Source of the DNA: Neocallimastix sp. 'constans'
Lineage: Eukaryota
Assembly (NCBI GenBank): GCA_050613775.1
Contig: JBODTK010000015.1
Coordinates: 1,178,001-1,242,000 of the forward strand
DNA: 64,000 bases
Reading direction: 5' to 3'
Notes under the pieces: model-generated
The model's input: only the letters and a program-made list of their open reading frames with translations
The model's database searches: none
What the model was told of the DNA's origin: nothing
Translations under genes and position numbers: made by a program
Part shown: positions 56,293 to 64,000 of the stretch, one piece after another
Layout: every line of letters starts with the position of its first letter
How positions within the stretch are numbered: position 1 is the first letter of the stretch

Positions 56293-59105
56293 TAAATAAT
56301 AAATAATAAATAATAAATAATTAAATAATTAAATAATAAATAATAAATAATAAATAATAAATAAATAATTGAATAATAAATAATAAATAAATAATAAATA
56401 ATAAATAATAAATAAATAATAATAAATAATAAATAATAAATAATAAATAATAAATAATAAATAATAAATAATAAATAATAAATAATAAATAATAAATAAT
56501 AAATAATAAATAATAAATAATAAATAATAAATAATAAATAATAAATAATAAATAATAAATAATAATAAAATAATGAATAAAAAATAATTGAAACATAGTA
56601 AATAAATAATTAATTGAAACATTAGTAAAAAACTTAATAAAATGATATTAATAATAGGTAAATTGAAACATTAGTAAATAACTTAATAAAATGATTTTAA
56701 TAATAGGTAAATAAATAATTAAACATGAATCATAAATAATAAAAAGTAGATAATAAATAGTTTAAGATTAACTAGTAAATAATAAAAAGGAATTATTAAA
56801 TAGTAAATAACAAAAAATATATTAGTAACAAATACAAAAAAAAAAAAAAAAAAAAACTAAAATGTTATAGATAAAAAGGAATAGATAGATAGTATATATA
56901 GATAATAAAATAGTTATAAAGAACTATTTTACCCATTAATTATAACATAAGATCTAAATAATGTTATTGCATATACTGTTAATTATACCCCAGAATATCT
57001 ATAATAATAAAAGAGAAAAGGGGAAAAAAAATGGAATATAAAATAAGGAATGATAATAATTTTATTGCATTCTCCACTTTTAATTAATAAAATATATATA
57101 ATAGTAATAATAAATAATAAATAATAAATAATAAATAAATAATAAAAAGAGTATTTATTAATAAATAATAATAAATAATAAATAAATAATTAAAAAGAGT
57201 ATTTATTAATAAATAATAAATAATAAATAATAAAAAGAGTATTGATTAATAAATAATAAATAATAAATAATAAAAAGAGTATTTATTAATAAATAATAAA
57301 TAATAAATAATAAAAAGAGTATTTATTAATAAATAATAAATAATAAATAATAAATAATAAAAAGAGTATTTATTAATAAATAATAAATAATAAATAATTG
57401 AATAATAAATAATAAATAATAGATAATAAATAATAAATTATAAATAATAAATAATAAATAATAATAAAAAAAGAGTATTTATTAATAAATAATAAATAAT
57501 AAATAATAAAAAGAGTATTGATTAATAAATAATAAATAATAAATTATGGGAAAAATTGAATAATAGTAAATTTCAATAAATGAAATTAAATAAAAAAAAA
57601 AAGAAATGAAATAAAATTTTTTTAATTTTAATTTTTTAATTTAAAAAAAAAAAAAAAAAAAAAGAATAATATTAAATTTTTTTTTTTTAATTTTTAATGT
57701 TAATTTTGAGTTTTTACTTTCCTTCTTAATTACTGTTAATTTAATCTATTTATATTAAAAATAAAAAAAATTTTTTTTTTTTTTGAAATTTTTTAAAATA
57801 TTGAAAATTTATTTCATTTTTTTTTTTATTTTTTTATTTTTTAAATTATCCACTTTTTTTTTCTTTTCTTTTTTTTTTTCTTTTTTTTTTTTCTTTTCTT
57901 TTTTTCTTTTTTCTTTTTTAATCTTGAACTAATTGATTTTAATTGTTGGATGAAATGAATGGTATTTTAATTTAAATTTTAAATTAAAGTTTATATAACA
58001 AAAAAAAAAAAAAAAGACTATTACCCATGGATAGATGCTTTTATTAATCTTTTCTTCTTTTCTTTTATTATTGGTATTATTATTATCAATTATTATTATC
58101 AATTATTATTATTTATTATTAATTATTATTATATTATTATTTATTATTATTATTATCAATTATTATTATTATTATTTATTATTATTATTAATTATTAATT
58201 ATTACTTTTTAGGTTTATTTTTATTCTTATTCAAATAAAAAGGTTTTATAAGTAGCTTAATAGAATTAGAAAATAAAATTACTTTTTTAGACATATCATA
58301 TCTATTATATCATATATATGATATTTGTGATATTGATTTTACATAATAATAGTAATAGGATATTTATTTAAAAAAACAAATTACTTTTCTAAATATCTAT
58401 TACATTATATATATATATTTCAATTATATATATATATATTTAATTAATTAATTAAAGTTAACCAAAGTCTAAATAACAATAATAATAAGAATAGGACTAT
58501 TAAGAATAGGAATAATAAGAATAGGAATAATAAGAATAGGATTTAATAGTGAAAAGATATTATTGAACAACTTTCTATATATATCCATTACATCTAGAGA
58601 TATCGCTCTTTTGCATAATATTAAAACTATATTTTTTTTAAGCTTTAACTTTAAATTAAATTAAATAAAAAAAAAAGAAAAGAAAAAAAGAAAGAAAAAA
58701 AGAAATTAACTATTATTATTATTATAAAGTATTATTTATTATTTATTATTTATTAATTATTATTTATTATTATTTAAGATATATTTTTATTTTTATTATT
58801 TATTAAATAAAACTGATCATGCATGCATAGAAAAAAAAGAAAAAAAGAATAAAAATAAAAGAAAGATATAACTTTTTTTTTTTTTTTAATTTATTAATAA
58901 AAAATTTATTATTTATATTGTTTATATTAAACTAGTGATCTATTTATTTTATTTTATAGCTATTTTATTATTTATTATTTATTATTTATTATTTATTATT
59001 CAATTATTTATTATTTATTATTTATTATTTATTATTTATTATTTATTATTTATTATTTATTATTTATTATTTATTATTTATTATTTATTATTTATTATTT
59101 ATTAT
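56293..59105. repeat. (AATAAAT)n arrays (56293-56570, 57105-57545 with AAAAAGAGTATTTATT inserts) and reverse-complement arrays (~58730-58770, 58965-59105)
   Basis: Direct reading of the sequence. Confidence 0.75.
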
Positions 59106-59491
59106 TCAATTAATCATCTTTAGTATAATAGATTAAATTAATGATATATTAATTAAAATAAATCCTTATCTAGTTTGGTTTAGCCTTTTTTTTTTATGAT
59201 AAAAAAAAAAAAAAAAAGTTAAAATTCATTTAAAAAAATTAAAAAAAAAAAAAAAAAAAAAATAAAAAAAGAGAGTTAGTCATTACATATTTTTTTTCTT
59301 TCTTTCTTTCTTTCTTTATTTATTTATTTTTGGTTTGGTTACTAATTTTTTTTTTATTGGTAATTAAATAAAAATAAAAAAATAAAAATAAAAAATTAGA
59401 GAATAAAAATAAAAAAAAAGTCTAAAAACTATTTCTTTTTTTTTTATATCATTTATTTTTTTTTTAATTAAATAAGAAATAAAGAGTTATG

Positions 59492-59535
<44 letters not shown>

Positions 59536-60619
59536 ATTAATTGAATTTATAATAAATAATTAATAAATAATAGTAAATACTAATGAATAATGCTATTAAA
59601 AAGTTGAAATCTTTATGTTTTTCTTTTTACTTTTTATTATTATTAATTATCCATCATACATTCCTTAATTTAATGTGCCTAATTATTTCATTAATTATTT
59701 CAATATTCCTTCTTTTTTTTTTTTTTTTTAATTATTTCAATTATTTTTAATTATTTCAATATTCCTTTTTTTTTTAAATTAAAAAAAAAAAGTAAAAAAG
59801 AAAAAAAAAATTTAATAATTTTTTATATATTTTTTTTATTTCATTTATTTTTTTATTTGGTTGAATAGATTCATCCATAGATTATTTTAACTTTTCTAAT
59901 TCAACTACTTTACACTGTTGATATATGTATTAATATATAGAATAATATATTAATTATATATTCATTATTTTAATTTTATATGTTTATTTTTAAAATTTTT
60001 AATTTTATTTTATATCATTATTTCAAATTTAAAAATTTTTAAATTTTTACCAACGATTACTAATAAATAAATAGAAATATAATATATAATATAATATAAT
60101 AAATATATTAAATAGTATAGAATATATAATAAATATATAGATTAAATAATATATAATATATTAATATTGTATAAATATTGTATAGTAAAAAAATCCAATT
60201 CTCTCTTTTGTACAAAAAAAGTATAATTAAATTTTTTTTTTCTAATATTAATTACTATTCTTTATTTTTTATTTATTATTTATTATTATTATTTCAAATA
60301 TTTTTATTATTTTATTATATTTTATAATAATAATAATAATATTTTATTATATTTTATTAATATTTTTTACTATTTAATTGTAAAAGATATAAAACAAATG
60401 GATTCATAAATAAAAAAAAAGTCTATATATAGAGAGTTTAAATATTTAAATCGTTAAATAAAAATATAAATAATTTATTTACTCATAATAATAATAATAA
60501 ATAATAAATAATAAATAATAATCATAATAGTAATAATTACTAATAAACTACAATAATAATAATAATTACTAATAAACTACAATAATAATAATAATAATAA
60601 ATAATTGATATTGATTCCT

Positions 60620-61190
60620 TATTGTTTTTAATGATTCCTATGATCTTGAAGGGAGGGTGAGGCTAAAGCCATAGGATCAAACAATGCTTATTTTTATCAT
60701 TCTATTTTATTTTTTATTGTGATTACGACCAAAATCATAAATATTAAAATCTCCTTAAAAAAAAAATTTAATGTATTTATTTAATTAAAGAAGATATAAA
60801 TATTAAATATAAAAATATTAAATATTAAATATGAGAATATTAAATATTAAATATATATAAAAAAAATGTAGTTTACCTAAAATATATAATTAAAATATAT
60901 TTATTTTATATATTTTATTTATATATTCTACTTAATATTTTATTTATATATTTTACTTTTTATATATTTTACTTTTTATATATTTTATTTGTATATTTTA
61001 CTTTTTATATAATATTATTGTATATTTTATGGCTGTAGATATAAATTAATTTTTTTTTTTGGTGTCATAAAAACTTTAAAAATTTTAAAAAAATATATAT
61101 AAAATGTTGATATAACCTTAAATAGTTTTTTTTTTTTTTTTTGAATCCTATTAGTTAGCCTCTAAGATCATAAAAATCTTAGAAATAATA
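60620..61190. mobile_element. MITE-like relic with imperfect terminal inverted repeats of ~50-60 bp
   Basis: Left TATTGTTTTTAATGATTCCTATGATCTT..GAGGCTAA..ATAGGATCAA matches the reverse complement of the right end, TATTATTTCTAAGATTTTTATGATCTTAGAGGCTAACTAATAGGATTCAA. Confidence 0.55.
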
Positions 61191-62909
61191 ATTATAAGAG
61201 CGAAAAAGAGACAAGAATCCTAAGAATCTGTCTCTACTCTATATAATATAATACAATATAATATAATACATATTAATATATTAATCTTTTTAAATTTTAT
61301 AAATATATTTTATATATATTATATATATAGTGAATATTTTATATATACTTATATATTCTTATATATTTTATATATTATATATATATTTTATATATTTTAT
61401 ATATTTCTTATATATTATTATTATTATTATAATAGTAGTAGTAGTTGATAATAGTTTGGATAAAGAGATACTGTAGTCATAATGAATAGGATTAATATTT
61501 ATAATAGTAATTATTACTATTGTTGTTGTTGGTATTGTTATTATTATTAATTCTATATATACAATGTATACCATATATAAATTATATAAAAAAAAAAAAA
61601 AAAAAAAAGATAACTCTATAGTAAATGGCTGGTAATTTTTTAAATTTTAAAAATAATAATAAAATAAAAAAGTTTTTAATAAAAATAAAAAATAAATAAT
61701 AATAATTAATAGATTAATAATTAATAAATAAATAATAAATAAAAGAAAATTTTAAAAAAAAAAAAGAAAGAAAAAACAATAGAGTCAAATAATAATTAGT
61801 TTGTTTTTTAAAAATAATTCAACATCAAACTTTTTTTTAAAGTTAATTATTAGACTTTAAAATTTAAAATTTATAATATAAATATTTGATATGTAATACA
61901 TAACCTATATCCTATATGAATATATATGAATAAAATAAAATAAAATAAAATAAAATAAAATAAAATAAAATAAAAAAAAAAAAGACATCTTAATAGACTT
62001 TTTTTAAAAAAAAAATAAAAATAAAATAAAATAAAAAAGTTTAAAAGGTTTATTTTATTAATTTAAAAAGAAAATAAGAATAAAATTAATAATCATAATT
62101 ATTAATATTAATAATAATAATAATAATAATAATTTTATTTAAACCATCAAAGAATACAACTTTAAAATATGAAATTAAAGAAAAAAAAAAAAAAAACTTA
62201 ATTTATTGGTAAAAAAAAAGTTTATATATATATTTAATGTATTAATATATATTATATATATATATTATTATTATTAATTAATATTATACTTATTTTAATT
62301 CTTTTTTTTTTTTTTTTTTTTTTTTGTTGTTGTTGTTTTTTGTTTTTTTAAAAAAAACTAATGCATAAATTAAAAAAAACTTCTTTCTATTATGTTATTA
62401 AATTATAATAAGAATAATGGTAATAATTTTTTTTTAAACTTTTTTTTTTTATTGTTTGTTTATTAAAGCTTATATTTATAGAATAAAGTAATATTATTAT
62501 AATATTATTATTGTTATTTTCTTTTTATTAAAAAAAAAAATAAAAATAAAGTAAAATAAAATAAAAAAAAAAATAAAGTATAATCTAAAGTGGTGTGAAA
62601 TTTTTTTTTTAAATTAAATTTTGTGGTGAAAAGCTATTCAACTCATTTAGTTAAAAAAAAATAAAATTCACTTTTTTTTTTATTCTTTTTATCTTTTTGG
62701 TAATTGAATTACCATAAAAATAAAAAAATAAAAAAAAATTATATTATTTATATATTATATATATATATATTTATATATTTAAAAAAAAATATAAAAAAAA
62801 ATTTTTTTTTATTCATAAATTTATTTTGAATATTCCTCTCTTTTCTTTTCTTTTTTATTATTATTTTTTTGTTGTTGTTGTTTTTTATACTTAAAATAAC
62901 CATCATTCT

Positions 62910-63742
62910 CATAATAATAAATAATAAATAATAAATAATAAATAATAAATAATAAATAATAAATAATAAATAATAATAATAAATAATAAATAATTGATTA
63001 ATAAATAGTAAATAATAAATAATAATAAATAATAAATAAAAAATAATAAATAATTGATTAATAAATAGTAAATAATAAATAATAATAAATAATAAATAAT
63101 AAATAATAAATAATAAAAAGAGTATTTATTAATAAATAATAAAAAAAATATTTATTAATAAATAATTGAATAATAATAATAAATAATAAATAATAAATTT
63201 ATATTTTTATAGAATAATTAAAAAAAAATAGCATTAAATGATTGATCAAAAATTAACTAAAAAACTGAAAAAAAATTGAATTAAAAATAATAAAGAAAAA
63301 TAAAAAAAAAAAAATTTTTTTTCTTCCTATTCTTTAAAAGGGTTAAGTTACCTATGTTTGTTTTTATAAAAATAAAAAATAAAAAAAATAATACTAAATT
63401 AATTAAAAAAGAATTAAAAACTAAATGAATTAAATTGTATACAATAGAAACTGATACATTCATTACTATTCTTATAAATAAAATTGGATTTTAATAAATG
63501 TTATTATTCAATTATTTATAATTTAATAATCTATTAATTCTATATATATTTATTATTTATTATTTATTATTTATTATTAATATTATTTATTAATAAATAC
63601 TCTTTTTATTATTTTTTTATTATATTATTAATAAATACTCTTTTTATTATTTATTATTTATTAATAAATCTTCTTATTATTATTTATTATTTATTATTTA
63701 TTAATAAATACTCTTTTTATTATTATTTATTATTTATTATTA
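62910..63742. repeat. Inverted pair of heptamer arrays: (AATAAAT)n at 62910-63198 and (ATTTATT)n at 63550-63742
   Basis: AAAAAGAGTATTTATTAATAAAT on the left; its reverse complement ATTTATTAATAAATACTCTTTTT on the right. Confidence 0.8.
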
Positions 63743-64000
63743 CCAATACAGTTATTGATTCTCCACTCTATAAATTAATTAATTAATGAATTAATAAATA
63801 AAAAGTTGGTAAAAAATGACAAAATCACCATAAAATTTTATTTCTTTTTTTTATTATTTTTTTTAATTTAAATTTTATATCAAACTTTTTTTTTTAATAG
63901 TTAATAAACTTTTTTTTTAATTAAATTAGATTAAATTAAAATCTTTATCTTTTTTTTTTTTTTTTTTATTTCAATAATATTTAAATTATTTTTATATTTT

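Overview
Extremely AT-rich eukaryotic DNA with GT-AG introns, long homopolymers and microsatellites. Fungal-type (CBM10-like) dockerins and a solute-binding-protein/class-C GPCR fusion point to an anaerobic gut fungus (Neocallimastigomycota; inferred). The first 21 kb is a cluster of four intact, intronless, secreted Cthe_2159/DUF4353-like beta-helix genes plus a decayed fifth copy. Each intact copy has a different C-terminus: 3 dockerins, 2 dockerins, a GPI-like tail, or an acidic tail. Three carry dibasic (Kex2-like) sites in the same internal loop. Copies 1 and 2 are head-to-head and share a near-identical ~1.1 kb inverted core with divergent ends. Downstream are a 2-exon DUF676-type serine hydrolase, a 5-exon SBP-7TM GPCR, a 4-exon glutathione S-transferase, several LINE relics, a Ty1/copia relic lacking its YVDD region, a 755-aa charge-segregated unknown protein, and foldback/MITE-like inverted repeats. 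All family assignments come from motif recognition by eye; no database searches were run.
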